DNA of 64,000 nucleotides from Eledone cirrhosa. Its lineage: Eukaryota. The stretch is from the NCBI GenBank assembly GCA_964016885.1, contig CAXHJY010000235.1, positions 1 through 64,000 of the forward strand. Reading direction: 5' to 3'. The position numbers and the translations under genes were made by a program. The notes under the pieces are model-generated. The model ran no database searches, was not told the DNA's origin, and saw only the letters and a list, made by a program, of their open reading frames with translations. The stretch's first letter is position 1. The number at the start of each line of letters is the position of its first letter. Below are positions 30,707 through 44,628 of the stretch, piece by piece.

Positions 30707-32709
30707 ATCATGGTCCTCATATAGTGTCTGCTGTTGGAATCATGATTGGCTGAAAATATAGGCATCAGTCATTGGCAATAGCCATGTATGTACGGCCTCT
30801 GTTTGTGAGGTGCTGTGAATTCACTGGTTGGATCTGGCATATATAGTGTCTGCTGTAGGAATCATGACTGGCTGGCAATATCTGTGTCGGACATCTGCAA
30901 CCACCATGCATGGCTGGCCTCAATTTGCTTAAACCTTCATGGGTGGGCATTGACACAAGTACAAAAAATAACTATGACATTCTGTTTCTGACTGTTCACC
31001 ATTGAGGCACAGCTAAGTAAAACAGTCATTCAAATATCTTGTCTTGTCAATTTAATCTTTTCTTTATTCTCACTCTTCTTTTCTGTCTCCTTCTTTACCC
31101 CTCTCACCCTTTCTCTATTTATCTATCTCCTATATATCATCTTTTCTCACTTTCTCTCCACAAACCTCTTTCTGTCTCCCCCCCCCCTCTCTCTCTCTGG
31201 TTGTTTAATGTTAAATTGAGTCCCTTTCACATTTGGTTCTATGTAATACTAGCTAGGAAATTAGATTTCGGAAATTGTATTCAAATTTGGTGTTAGAACT
31301 GCAACTTTAAAGTTCTTTTTTATTTTTGAGAAATAATTATTTGGCATGATAGTTTTGGTTCTTCTCTCTTTCACACACACACACATACACCCTCTCTCTC
31401 ATTTCACACAGGAAGTTCTTTGCAAAAGGAATTTACTCGTAACAATAGATGAGAGGGTGGTGAGAAGAATGAAAGGAAATATATGCAGAATGTGTTTTGG
31501 TCACCCAAACATGAAATTATTTAAAAATTCAGCTACATAACACTAAAAAGGACTTTTTCAATGGAAAATTATTGGTGCGTAATTGAAATGAGTTGCAGAA
31601 ATACATTCTTCAAATATATTTTATTTTTTATCAAGAAAAAAGCCAAGAAAATTTGCTTAAGTCGTTTTTTTTTTTTCACAAAAATACAGAATGAAAATCT
31701 AGGGTGTGACTTATCTACTGGACCTACACAACCTCAATTAAAAATATATGGTGTAGTGTAAATGTCATATAGAAAATGGTAGTGAGAGTTATACATAAAT
31801 ATATGTATATTGTAAAGTGGTTGGTGTTAGGAAGGGTATTCAGCCATAGAAACAAAGCCAAAATACAGATCCATGTGAGCAAGTTGGTATCTGGACCTGG
31901 CTTGACTTATAACATTACAACCAGTCTAGCCTATGCAAGCGTGGAAAAATGGGCATTAAACAACAATGATGATGATGATGATGATGGTATGCAATATATA
32001 AAATAACTGTATTGTTTATTTTAACTGTGAGAATTTCTCATAAGTTGGGCATGTTCTGGCTCTCTTTGCTCTGAATTTAAATTCTGCTGGAGTCCACTTT
32101 ACCTTTTATCCTTTCAAAGTCATTGAAGTAAGTACCAGCCCAGTGTTGGTTCAGCCTTCTGTCCTCCCAGCTATCACACCCTGCATGCTCCATTGGATCA
32201 AAGGGAGGACCAACAGGATGTTTCTCATCATCATCATATCATACATAGACCCTGTAAGGATGAAAGGCAAAGCTAACCTTGGCAGGATTTGAACTAAAAA
32301 GGTAAAGGGCAGTGACTCAATGCTGCAAAGCAGAGTGTCCAACACTCATTGATGTAACAGTAGATATTGTGAACATTGGCATAGCATTTGTGAGTGCTCT
32401 AATTGCACACTGTCCATACTTATAGGGGTGGGTGCTGAGATCCAATATTGCTTTCTTTTTATAAGTTCTGGAGTATTCATTTGTTTTGTTTTTTTATTAC
32501 TTTTTTTTTGTTTTGTTTTGTTTTTTTGTTATTTTTTCTGCTGTTGAAAGAAGCAAGATTGGCATGGCCCCATTGGAAGCTACTTTTAATTGTGCAAGCT
32601 TGGTATGAGGTGTGTCTGTCTAGGTAGTATTTTGTCTGGTATGTAAGAATCATTGAATTTTAAAAATCATAACCTATCAATGAATCACCATTATTATTAT
32701 CATTTCAAA

Positions 32710-32925
32710 GAGCGGTGAATTGGCAGTATTGGTGGAGCGTCGGACAACATGCTTTGTGTCATTTTGTTATGTCCCTTTAAATTCTGACTTCAAATCCCAT
32801 CAAGGTTAGCTTTGCCTTTCATCCTTATGGGTCAACAAAACAAAGTACCAGTAATGCACTGAGGTTGATTTAATTGATTTTCTCCTCCCACCAAAATTGT
32901 TGGCCTTTTGCCTAAATCAGAAACC
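32710..32925 (+). mobile_element. tRNA-derived SINE family B
   Basis: gcggtgaattggcagtattggtggag..ttcaaatccc..tttgcctttcatcc..aagtaccagtaatgcactg. Further decayed copies near 20820-20990, 21620-21750, 23275-23460, 38040-38240, 38385-38550, 47164-47357, 49570-49755, 61240-61470, 62645-62830 and 63065-63215. Confidence 0.8.
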
Positions 32926-33732
32926 ACTATTATCATTATTTCACATCTACAGTCAGTCAGTTCTTAAAGATTCTGTTCTAGAACCACCACCACTAAACTA
33001 TCTAGAAATTCATAAATTGTTAATTTAGATTTTCCCACATTTTTTTTTTAATTTATTTATTTATTTATTTATTTTGTTCTTTTGTATTTATCTTATATTT
33101 ATCCTTCCACTTGAAATACAGCCCTGGTAGTTTATCTCCACATCATACTTCTACAGTTCTGTTAATATGATTTTTGGAATAGATTTCATAATTATTGTGA
33201 CCTCTAGCTGACCTCAACTTAAGAACAGCTGATGATAGCCACACACATTTATTATTAAAAGAACAGAAGCTTGTCTCATTCCCTGAGGACAGTTTATTCA
33301 AATATTTCATTGCACATCCTCACCACAATGTATTTCACAGATGCTCCCCTCTTATTGTATCTTAACTTGAGGGGATCCTTTTTCAATGCAGAAGTTCTTA
33401 GATAAAATTCCTTTCTGAACTTACAAATGACACAGAAGTAGTCTTTTAAATCTTTTATTATTTTACTGGTTTCAATCTTTAGACTGGCCAGGCCAGGGCA
33501 CTGCCTTCATGGGGTTTAATCAATCATATAAACCCTGGTACATATTTTATCAATTTCTATTTACTGAACTGATAAATTACAGAACATAAACAAATACAGA
33601 CACTTACACACACACACTACATATATATTACTTGAAGTATAAGTTTCACCTAGTGATCATCCACAAAGTGAAACTATTGCAAGTAATTTGTTGAAATGAA
33701 ATAAATCACCTCACTCTACTCTATGTATAGAG

Positions 33733-33826
33733 GCTTGTATCAAGCTATATCATTTGCTTGTATCAAGCTATATCATTTGCTTGTATCAAGCTATATCATT
33801 TGCTTGTATCAAGCTATATCATTTGC
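33733..33826. repeat. Four perfect 23-bp tandem repeats (gcttgtatcaagctatatcattt)
   Basis: Seen directly. Confidence 0.95.
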
Positions 33827-33868
33827 AACTTGCATAAGTATATGTATGTAGACCTCTCCAACTACATT

Positions 33869-33923
<55 letters not shown>

Positions 33924-33954
33924 CAGGAATCATTCCATCATGGTGCTAACAGAA

Positions 33955-34040
33955 GTCTGATGAGCTTTTGATTCCAGAGTTGAGCCCAATCAATAGAGAT
34001 CGAACCTTTGAGCTGATCAATTGCGAAACACGCATCACAC
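33955..34040 (+). ncRNA. Degenerate type I hammerhead with ~60-nt stem II
   Basis: gt-CTGATGA-gc..ttgat...atcaa..gc-GAAAC-acgc-ATC-ac. GTC is probably mutated to ATC. Starts 35 bp after a (TA)n tract. Confidence 0.55.
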
Positions 34041-34190
34041 CTGATTAAATATAAACATTTGGCACTTCATCCATGCTTATTATTATCATTATTTATAAAC
34101 CCCCACTGTCCCTGTCTTTGTATTGTCCCAGATATGTCAGCCCTTGTGGCTAATAAATGAAATCATTATTATCATTATTTATATATATAT

Positions 34191-34362
34191 ATAGAATGGA
34201 AAACGAAAAATCAGTGATGCATCGGAACTCAATTTATTGTGTTACAATTGTTTCCCCGGCAAACAGCTTGAGGTGTGATCTGTGTTTGGATCAGAAAGAG
34301 GATATACCCCGAAATCAATAGACGTGTCCGATGCATCAATGAATTTTCGTTTTCCATTCTAT
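34191..34362 (-). mobile_element. Short PLE pLTR-like remnant: 36-bp inverted repeat enclosing the 3' half of a hammerhead
   Basis: 34191-34226 and 34327-34362 are inverted repeats with 2 mismatches. The minus strand has GAAAC-aatt-GTA at 34254-34243, then a tail running into (TA)n. Confidence 0.55.
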
Positions 34363-34478
34363 CATACTCTGCTCCATAGGAGCATAGAGTGCTCAACCGG
34401 CATACCGCATATGGATCCATCTTAGCTACCATAAGACATATATGTATATATATGTATATATATATATGTGTATATATG

Positions 34479-35793
34479 TCCTGCAGGCAATAACGGAGGA
34501 GTTTAAGACCGGATGCCCATGGGAACTCCTGTATGCTGATGACCTCGCACTCATAGCTGAATCTATGGTAGAACTAGAGAATAAATTCCAAACCTGGAAG
34601 CAGGGACTAGAAAGAAAGGGCCTCAAAGTCAACATGACAAAGACTAAGGTCCTTGTAAGTAGACGAGAAAACAGAACCCAGACCCCCTCAGGGAAATGGC
34701 CTTGCTCAGTATGTAGGAAAGGTGTAGGTAGGAACTCCATTCTCTGCCCCAAATGCAAACAATGGGTACACAAGAGATGTAGCGGGATCTCAGGAAGCTT
34801 AATTAAGAATGTAGGATTCACATGCAGCAGCTGTGCTGAGACAGCAAACAGCCACAGGAAACAAGTACCACCAATCTCTGGGAGGGCCCTGTAGAAACAG
34901 TTGACAGCTTCTGCTACCTAGGTGACCGAATTAGCAACGGAGGTGGGTGTTCAGAAAGTGCAATAACTAGGGTAAGAACGGGATGGAAGAAGTTTAGGGA
35001 ACTACTACCACTGCTAGCTGCAAAAGGCTTCTCCCTCAGAATGAAAGGCAGACTGTATGATGCGTGTATCCGAACAGCGATGTTGCATGGTAGTGAGACC
35101 TGGACGCTGAAGGTGGAAGACTTACGGAGATTAGAGAGAAACGAAGCCTGCATGCTCCGATGGATGTGTAATAGTAATATACGCGAACGACAAAGCATAA
35201 ATGAATTGAGAGAGAGACTGAGCATAAGAGGAATCAAATGCTGTGTGCAGGAGTGGCGGTTGCGCTGGTATGGACATGTGATGCGTATGAAGGATGATAG
35301 CTGCATAAAAAGGTGCAGAGCACTAGAAGTAGATGGAAACCGCGGAGTGGGGAGACCCAAGATGACCTGGGATGAGGTGATAAAAGCCGACCTTACCCAA
35401 TTACACCTCTCAAAGACAATGACACACGACCGTGACTTCTGGCGTCACGCAGTAATACAGAGTACCAGACCTCCCATGGGTACAAGCTGAAGCATATAGA
35501 CAATATGCCCCCACACCCCCCACCGCAAGGTGGTCGTGGAGGTGCCACGGCAAAAAAGCACCCAGCCCACACTGTAAAGTGGACGTGTAGGCGCCACGAA
35601 AAAGCACCCAGCACTCACTGTAAATGAGGTTGGTGTTAGGAAGGGCATCCAGCTGTAGAAATCAAGCCAAATCAGTTCCTGTATGAGCAAGGCATGGTCA
35701 GCCGGCCAGACACTGCCCACAACAGAACAACCCGTCTAACCCATGCTAGCGTGGAAGAACGGACGTAAAAGGGTGATGATGATGATGATGATG
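34479..35793 (+). mobile_element. RTE-clade LINE, related subfamily, 5'-truncated, includes YADD
   Basis: CPWELLYADDLALIAES (YADD 34532-34543), GLKVNMTKTKV, the C4HC3 finger, ORF 35041-35490 and a (GAT)n tail. Frameshift near 34870-34890. Confidence 0.93.
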
Positions 35794-37152
35794 CTTATAT
35801 ATATATATACTTATATATATATATATACTTATATATATATATGTGTGTGTGTGTGTGCATAGAAAGATGTATAGAGATAAATAAACAAGTTCCATTGTCA
35901 AGACTGTTTTGATGGTTGTTTGTGTATATATATACACACACACACATGCATACATACTTTTTTTTTAATTTCAACTGTAACTTATTAAATTCATACTCTT
36001 CACTTGACATTCCTCGTGAATACTAATTGTCTGTTAATTTGAACAAATTGACAGATTTAATTAACCTGTTCTCCTGCGGTGTCTATAGAGTGTATTCCTG
36101 TTTTTTATCTATCTATTTATTTGTTTGTTTGTTTGTTTTAGTCATGATAAGCCAATTACTACACATCCATTGTAAGCTGTGTTATGACTGGGTTAGTGAA
36201 ATAGGAGGATATCAAATATATCAAACAAGCCTCATGAGGGTATCACATACGCACACACCCAACTTCGGGAGGATATCACACATTCCAGATATCAAATCAA
36301 ACATCATGTGGGTACCACATACACTCACCCACCTGACTCCAGGAGATATCAAACACCCAACCAACCTCATGACAGTATCACACATCCATCTACCAAAGTT
36401 CTGGAGAGTATAACGCATACAAATCTATTAGAAGAGTATCAATATCCATCCAGTCTCTCTGGGAGGTACCAGACAACCCCCCAACACTCGGAGCGTGTCA
36501 AACACACACATACATATACAGCAGTGTATCACACACATACACACACCCTCACACTCTTTCACACACATACACACAAGCCCCTCCACACACACACAGAAAA
36601 GAGTATCACACATCCACCCAGCCACCCGATTGTCAACATGGTTTTAATTGTTGCTGATAATGAGATTATTTTAACTAAGTGGCTGCCTGTCATTTTCATT
36701 TCTTCTGTAAACCTAAAATACAGTTTCTAGCTGACATTTATTGACCTGAAAATAAATAAATAAACCTTTGAAAATGTCCCAAGTTTTCAGTGAGAAAGCT
36801 AGGTGTCATTGAATTACTTTTGACAGAGAGGTGGTTTGTTAGACCCTTAAATGTAAGGTCAGTTGTGTGCTCTGGGAAGAAGTTTTGTAGTTGGTATTTA
36901 TCAAAGCTTTATCATCAGTCCTTTTCTTTTCATCTTAGAGAAGGAGGGGGGGGGGGGGGGGGGGGTTGATTAACAAGATCCCAGACCTCATTCACTTACT
37001 TGAATGAGGTGAAACTCATCAAATTGGACCAAGGAAACAATGTTTTCATTGGTCTTTCCATTGCTGGTTCTATCTACCAGTTGAAACTCCTGACAGAATT
37101 TTCATCTTCGAGAAACCATATTTCTTTTCTTACAGGAAGATATGTCTTTCCT

Positions 37153-37380
37153 TTAACACTTTAGAACTTACATTACTCTACATTTACTATTATATTTTCA
37201 CTGTAAACACTTTATCTCACATAATTATTTCAAATATCGAATCTATGAGATTTTGTTATTATATATATTGAGAATAATACCTTAATTTTGGTATGAGGGG
37301 CTGGTTATAGCCAGATTGAACAGGAGGTGGTGAGAGAAATTCTGGCCGAGTATGGCCGGTTTAAAAGTAAAAAGGGTTAA
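37153..37380. mobile_element. piggyBac-type MITE family 1 (diverged)
   Basis: ttaacactttagaactta...aaaagggttaa, with the internal sequence matching 25111-25357. Confidence 0.8.
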
Positions 37381-38585
37381 GTTTTAAAATTATGAACAAT
37401 TATGTACGAGATAACAACTATAGCATATATTTTAAGGCATTTTCCTGCAGGGATTAATTAGCTTTGCAAGTCCAATGATTGGCTTTATATTCATTATGGG
37501 GGTCCTTTTTATGGCAATGTTCTACATCTGTGGATGTCCTTCCTGGTGCCAATCCATTTTAGTTACCTCTTATGGCATTGAGATATGGTGTGTATTCTAA
37601 ACCAGATATCCTCATCTATATGAGGTTTGTATGTATGGTCCCATAACTCCCAGGGAAGTTTTAGGGGTGCTGCATTGACATGCAGTGTTTCTAGGGCATT
37701 TTTTAACCTGGTGATGCCCATCTCTCTCTTGAGTACAGCAGATTTCTTCCAGAGTGAGAGAATGAAAGTGAGGAAGAGATATAGTGGAAGAATCAACCCC
37801 TGTACTAGACTGGTACATTCTTCATCGACCCTGGATGGACAAAAGGCAAAGCCGACCTCAGTATGTGAGGTTTAGTGAACTAATTAACTTTCAACTTAAT
37901 CCTACTACCCATTTGAGACTGCCCCTAGTCCCATGACATAAGCTTGCTGTTTTAAAGTGTTTGTACCTAAATTAAAACCCTCCAACATAAGTATGTAAGG
38001 CTATTTTGTTAAGTTGTTCCAAAAAGCAGCTTAATAATGGTTTCTGATTTAGGCACAAGGCCAACAATTGGGGGGGGGGTGCAAACTTGATTAAATCGAC
38101 CCCAGTACATTACTAGTACTTTATTTTAGGAACCTTGTAAAGCTAATCTCGGTAGGATTTGAAATCAGAACGTAAAGGGCCGTGACTCTGTGTAACAAAG
38201 TATGGTGTCTGATGCCATTACGACTCTGCCAATCTACCACCTTCCTTCCAGCAGTGAGTTATTCTACTAAATTCTATAAAATTCTGAATCATTTTCAAAA
38301 TTAATAAAAACACAGTGTATTCCTTTGGAATTGTGGTCATTTATTTGATGTAACAATTCTGCTTATCTAGCTGTTGTAATAACTCTTTCTAACATTGGCA
38401 CATGGCCAACAATTTTGGGGAAAGTGAAAATCAATTATAATGACCCCAGTATTTCATCTGTCCTGGAAAGATGGAAAGCAAGGTTGACTGCAGTGGGATT
38501 TGAACTCAAAACATAAAGGGGTGCAATTAAACAGCGCAAAATATTTTGTCCTATCTTTCACCTTAATAAGACAAATGTTTACCTA

Positions 38586-39056
38586 TTTAAACCGGCCGTA
38601 TCCGGCCAGAATTATCTCACCTCTTTCTGTTCAAACTAACCATAACTTTAAGGTATTGTTCTCAAAATAAATATCAAAATCTCATAGAGTCAATATTATG
38701 TGAGATAATTACGTGAGGTAAAGCCATTACCATGAAAATATAATACAATATATAGAATAATGTAAATGCTAAAGGGTTAAATTTAATGTCTCAGATAATA
38801 ATGAATTTTTTTCATCACAGTGACTCTTATCATAAGGTTTTATATAGAATTTATAATATGGAATAAACAATTGGTTTGATGCTGCTTAACCATTCAGCAT
38901 TTATATTACTCTATATTTATTATTCATGGTAAAGGCTTTATCTCACATAATATTGAATCTACGGGATTTTGAGAACAAGTATGAGCAGCTGGTTTGAACA
39001 GAAATAGGTGAGAGAATTCTGGCTGGATACGGCTGGTTTAAATGCTAAAGGGTTAA
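38586..39056. mobile_element. Two oppositely oriented MITE family 1 copies (38586-38781 partial; 38886-39056)
   Basis: Both end in taaatgctaaagggttaa and share the internal sequence. Confidence 0.8.
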
Positions 39057-40184
39057 ATATTTTTTTCTTTGTGTGTGTGTTAGAGGCAGCTTTGCAATCA
39101 TCATAGCTTGGGCTGAATCCCAATGCTAGGCTTTTTGAACCCTTGGGAGTAAAATTTTGAAAAATAGAAACTGTTTGGAAGCCCATCAGATGGACTGTAC
39201 TTGTAATCCAAAGAGCCAGCTTTGTTACACATTGTGTCATACTGAATCTTGCTGAGAATTATGTTAAGGGTACACATGCCTGTGGAATGTTCCATTTGCA
39301 TGTTATTAATTTCAAGAGCAGGTCGTTCCATTGATCAAACAACTGGAGTTCCAAAATTCCAGCAGGTATGACTGTGTGTGTGTTATTGTTTAAAACAACA
39401 AATCAGCATGCTTCTGGCTGGATCTACACAACACTGCACCAAAGAATAAGCATCACTACCACCACATCCACCAACAACAACAGCAACAAGTTCACTCATT
39501 ATAAATGGCATTGTACTTGGTTTCCAATCTATGAAGTAGTTGAGGGTGTGAGGTAATGGTGGGAGGAGTGAAGTAGTAGTAAGGGAGGGGTGTGGTATTG
39601 GAGGCAGTGGTAGGAGTGTGATAATGATGATGGTAGGTGTGAGGTGGTGGTGGTAGTAGTGATGTTGGTAGTGTTGGTGGTGGTGAGTGAGGCAGAAGTG
39701 TGATAATGGTGGGTGAAAAAGGTGAGGTAGTGGTGGTGGTGGGAGGAGTGTGGTAGTGGTAGTCAGTGGAGAAGTGTGAGAATGGTGTGTGGAAGGAGCA
39801 AGATAGTGGTAGTGGTGGTTGTGTGAGAAGGAATTCACCTTCATGGTGGTGTGAGGTGGTAGTGGTGGTCGTGTGAGGAGGAATTCACCTTCATGTCTCC
39901 TTCTTTTGTGGATTTCCCTCATCATGGAGCTGTCAGGAAGTTAACCTTCCATTGACATTAATAGAAGCTTGTGTGCGGGTATGTATGTATTTGTGTGCAT
40001 GTATTTATATATCTGTCTCTGTGAGTGATTTTAATGTGTGTGTGTTTATATACATTATATATACATATACACACACATATATATACATAAATATACACAA
40101 ACATATATATATACATATACACACACACATATATACATACATATACACACACACACACACACACATATATATACGCACACGCAC

Positions 40185-40221
<37 letters not shown>

Positions 40222-40276
40222 CACATATATACACATATATACACATATATACACATATATACACATATATACACAT

Positions 40277-40308
<32 letters not shown>

Positions 40309-40858
40309 GCTCCATCAGTTTAAACTGATGAATCAAAATAACCCTTTGACATTTCCACTGCTGTTCAGTCCTCCAAGGTAGTTTACTCAGGTTTTTAGTT
40401 GTTTGGTTTAGTTGCATTCTTCATTTACATGAAATCCACTACTGCAGCTGCTTTTTCTCTCTCTTCTTTTCTTTCTCTTCTTTTCTTTCTCTTCTTTTCT
40501 TTCTCTTCTTTTTTTCTTTCTCTTCTCTACTTTCACTTTCACTATTTCACTTTTAGTTTTTACTTTTTACATTTTTTTCTTTAGATTTCTCTTACTTTTC
40601 TTTCCCTACATTCTTTTTCTCCTCTCTATTTCTCTATTCGCTCTCCCCTATATCTTTCCATTCCCTTCCTCTATTCCTTCCATCCTCTCTGTATCTCTAT
40701 ATCCTCATCTTTCTAGTCCATCTCCCTTCCATTGTGTCCTACCTTCTTGCTCTCCTCCTCTTATTCTTTCTCTCTCTATCCTCCCGCTCACACTTTCTTG
40801 TCTATTTTTCACTTTTTCACCTACACATTCTCTCTCTCTCTCTCTCTCTTTCTCTCTT

Positions 40859-40891
<33 letters not shown>

Positions 40892-43668
40892 TTCTCTCTC
40901 TCTCTCTCTCTGCCACAGGCAGGCATAATCAAGTAGTTAAGAAGTTTGCTTTGTAATCATGAGGTCAGAGGTTTAATTCCACTGCATCGAATTTTGTTAT
41001 GGTTCATGCCTATGTAGTTTTCACTGACTTCCTATTAGGCTGCAACTTGCAGGTGGTTTCTTGGGTGTTTTAATGATAGTGGCTCCCTATTGCTCACACC
41101 TACATAGGTTTAGCTGGCCTCATATGAAGCTGCATCTTGTAGGAGGTTGCTGGAGTGTTTTAAATATTGGTGTTCCTATTGCTCACAAATACATAGGTTT
41201 AGCTGGCCTCCTATGTAGCTGCATCATGTAGGAAGTTTCTAGGGTGTTTTAATGATAGTGACTCCTTACTAACACTTATGTAGGTTTTGCTGACCTATGA
41301 AACTGTAACATATAGGTTTCTTGGGTTTTTTGCTCACACCTACATAGGTTTAGCTGACCTCCAATGTGGCTGCAGTTTCTCATAGGATGTTTAGGGGGAG
41401 GTCTTTAATTCTTTCATTAGTATATGTATTATACTTTGTATAACATATAATTTATATTTTAATTAATGAAGAATTTGGGAAGTATTTATTGAAATTATGA
41501 TTTCATTAAGATGGTATTAGGAACATTTTGAAATAGGGGGGTTTTGTTTTCTAGAAACAGTGGCAATTTGGGGCAGGTCAAATCAAAGGAGCTATTTATG
41601 ACGGGCCCCAAGCCTATTGTGACAAGTATATTTTACCATAGCCTCTGTTCAAACCCTGTGAATGAAATTGGGGGAAATTGTGTGGAAGCCAATTGAGTTT
41701 ATTATACCTGTAATTCAAATGTACTAATATTGTCACATATTTTGTCATGCTGAATTGCTCTCAAGGTTATTTTATAGGTAGGTATGCCTGTGGAGTACTC
41801 AGCCACTTACATAGTAATTTAACAAGTAGGATGTTCAGCTGAATAACAATGTTCTTAGCTGAAACCAAGGGTGGAGAGATGAAGTCAGATAAATCTGAAA
41901 TGTCTGTCATGTTTCTGGCTTTCTGTTCTCTCTCTCTCTCTCATATATATGTCCTGTCTTTGACTCCAGCCTGCTATACCAACCAAGACAATTCCATAAA
42001 TTTAAGATTAATAATTAAGCTACAGGTGGATTGCTAAGGCCAGTGCTTTAACTTCCTGGATCCAACAGACTTAATTAATTAAGGAAAGAGGAAAGTAATC
42101 AGCTTTTGAATAGAATATCACTCTATTACAGTTCACCATTGCTAGTTGATGTTGTGACTCTTCCATACCTCATCATTATCAATAACTTTACAACTTTATC
42201 ATCATCAGCATCATCATCATCATTATCAACAATTTTATCAACTTTCTCATCATCATAATCACCATCCTCATCATAAACCTTAACATCATTATCATAATCC
42301 TCATCATCATCATCATCATAATCCTCATCATCATCATCATCATCATAATCCTCCTCCTCATCATCAACCTCATCATCACCATCCTCATCCTAAACTTTAT
42401 CATCACCATCCTCATCATTGTCCTTATCAACATCATCTTCAACCTATCATCCTCATTATCTCAGTTAGGTGAACTAAGACATTCAGAGAATGACTATTTC
42501 CTGGGCATTTGTTATTTTCTGTCTGAATTTACAACATGCTGTCTATACTTTCTCTTCAGAGCCTTTTCAAAGTTGAATAATTAAGCTCCATTCTAAGACA
42601 ACACTCATTTCATGTATCAGTGAGTGTTGTTGATGGAGCTAACTCAGATATATCAACTCGTGCAACTATCACTAATAAATTACAAATGTGTGTGTGTGTG
42701 TGTGTGTACTTAGATATATATATAGTACTGAAACGAATTCATTGGATAGGACTGCAAACATTATATATAAAATACTGAAATGAAGTCATCGAATAGGACC
42801 GAAAAACATACATATATACATGATGTCTGCAAACTCTAAGTGTATTGCAATCGCTTGTCAGTTTGGTGCACTTTTAGGCTATGGCCAGCCACACAAACCT
42901 ATAGAATATCCTGAACAAGCAATGCCTGTGCTTTGGTGGTTTTTTAAGTGGGGAAAATCCTTGCACTCGACCAATCACACTCTATCAGCATCAAAAACAC
43001 TACCCGAAAAGGGGAACTGGTCAACATCAGATACTTCTGAAGCCACTGGGTTTTTTTTTTTTTCTCCCTCAGAGTTTCCCTCTCCTAGAAAGATATGATA
43101 ACAACTAGGGGCCTTTCACTCCCAGGGGGGGGGGGGGAGTACCATTTGGATGGTTATTGCTCTGTCCATTACATAGCGTTCTTTTTTTTTCCCTTGATCT
43201 ATTTTTTTGGGAAACTCATAGCACTCTTACATACACACATATATACACATATCATATATATTTGAATATAAGTTGACCCCCTATTTTATGCCTGATAAAT
43301 ATGCAAAAATCCAAATCCTGTGGTGCAGTTTTGAAATTCTCAATGAGTAGAAAATGTACTTATGAAGTTTTAAGCTGTTTTAAGTGTTGTTTAGAGTATA
43401 GTCTTTGTATCACAACTTCATTATATGATGACCTTTTTTTTTACCAATTTCCAACCATTTTCATGGCTATATTTATTCAAAACACCAAAAACAATAGAAA
43501 AGTGAAAATATTTTAGTACCTCATTTATGTTGAATTTAAAGTTGAAGAAAATAGACAAAATATGGACTTTGAATATAAGCTCTCCCCTGCCTCCATTTTA
43601 TCATTTTTATTTATTTTTTTCACCTATTTCTTAACTTATATATATATATAGTATGTATGTGTGTATAT

Positions 43669-44075
43669 TGCCCAATTTCACATCTCAACGGCGATGACAC
43701 AGGACCGTGACCTCTGGCGTCATGCAGTAATACCAAAGACCCAACTTCCCACGGGAACAAGCCAAAGCCGAAACATATCGGCAATATTCCCCCATCCCCT
43801 CCCACTGCAAAGTGGGAGGGGAGGTGTTACAACAAAAAAGCACCGAGACCATGCTGTAAAGTGGTTGTGTGGGTGCCACGGAAAAAAAGCACCCAGCACT
43901 CACTGTAAATGAGGTTGGTGTTAGGAAGGGCATCCAGCTGTAGAAATCAAACTAAAATCAGTTCCCGTATGAGCAAGGCATTGGTCAGCCGACCTAACAT
44001 TGCCCACAATAGGACAACCTGTCTAACCCATGCTAGCATGGAAGAATTGACGTAAAACAGTGGTGATGATGATGA
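43669..44075 (+). mobile_element. RTE LINE 3' end fragment
   Basis: AMTQDRDLWRHAVI plus a 3' UTR matching 35400-35790 and a (GAT)n tail. Confidence 0.88.
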
Positions 44076-44628
44076 TATAGGTGCCCTGATAAAATGCACT
44101 TGATAGTGTGGTAACGTATGTAAGCAAGATGCAGGCCCTTTTACTGACTCTGTCTATGAAGTCCCATCCAAACCTTACTAACAGGGAGAACGGATGTTCA
44201 ACAACAACAATGATGATGATGATGTGTGCATATTGTGTTTCCCCTCCATGCAAGTGGCTGAGCATTCCACTGACACGTAGGAGGAGTAAACAATGTTGCT
44301 ACAAGAGTTTGATGCATGGTTTGCTTGGTATTGTTGTGACATGTCAACCAATATATGGTGGCAGGGATAAACAATGAGACATTTGATAAACAATTGTTTG
44401 CTTATTTGACACTAATTGTAATAACTTTTGTTTGTTTCTACCAAATCTTTGTTGACCTTTTTAAAACTGTCACCCATCTACCTCATGATGGCATGTGGCC
44501 TAGTAGTTAGGGATTTAGACTTGCAATCATAGTCTTGGGAGTTTGATTCCTGAATCAGACTACGCATATTTTTGAGCAAGATTGTTTATTTCACATTATT
44601 TTTCTTGATAGGGTTGGAGCCCCTACCA

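Noticed and set aside
37560-37800. Short ORFs on both strands
   Set aside because: No convincing motif or splice signals; possibly a very old LINE relic.
43250-43600. Possible pogo/Tc1 MITE (gaatataagttgacccc)
   Set aside because: Too decayed; matching termini not found.
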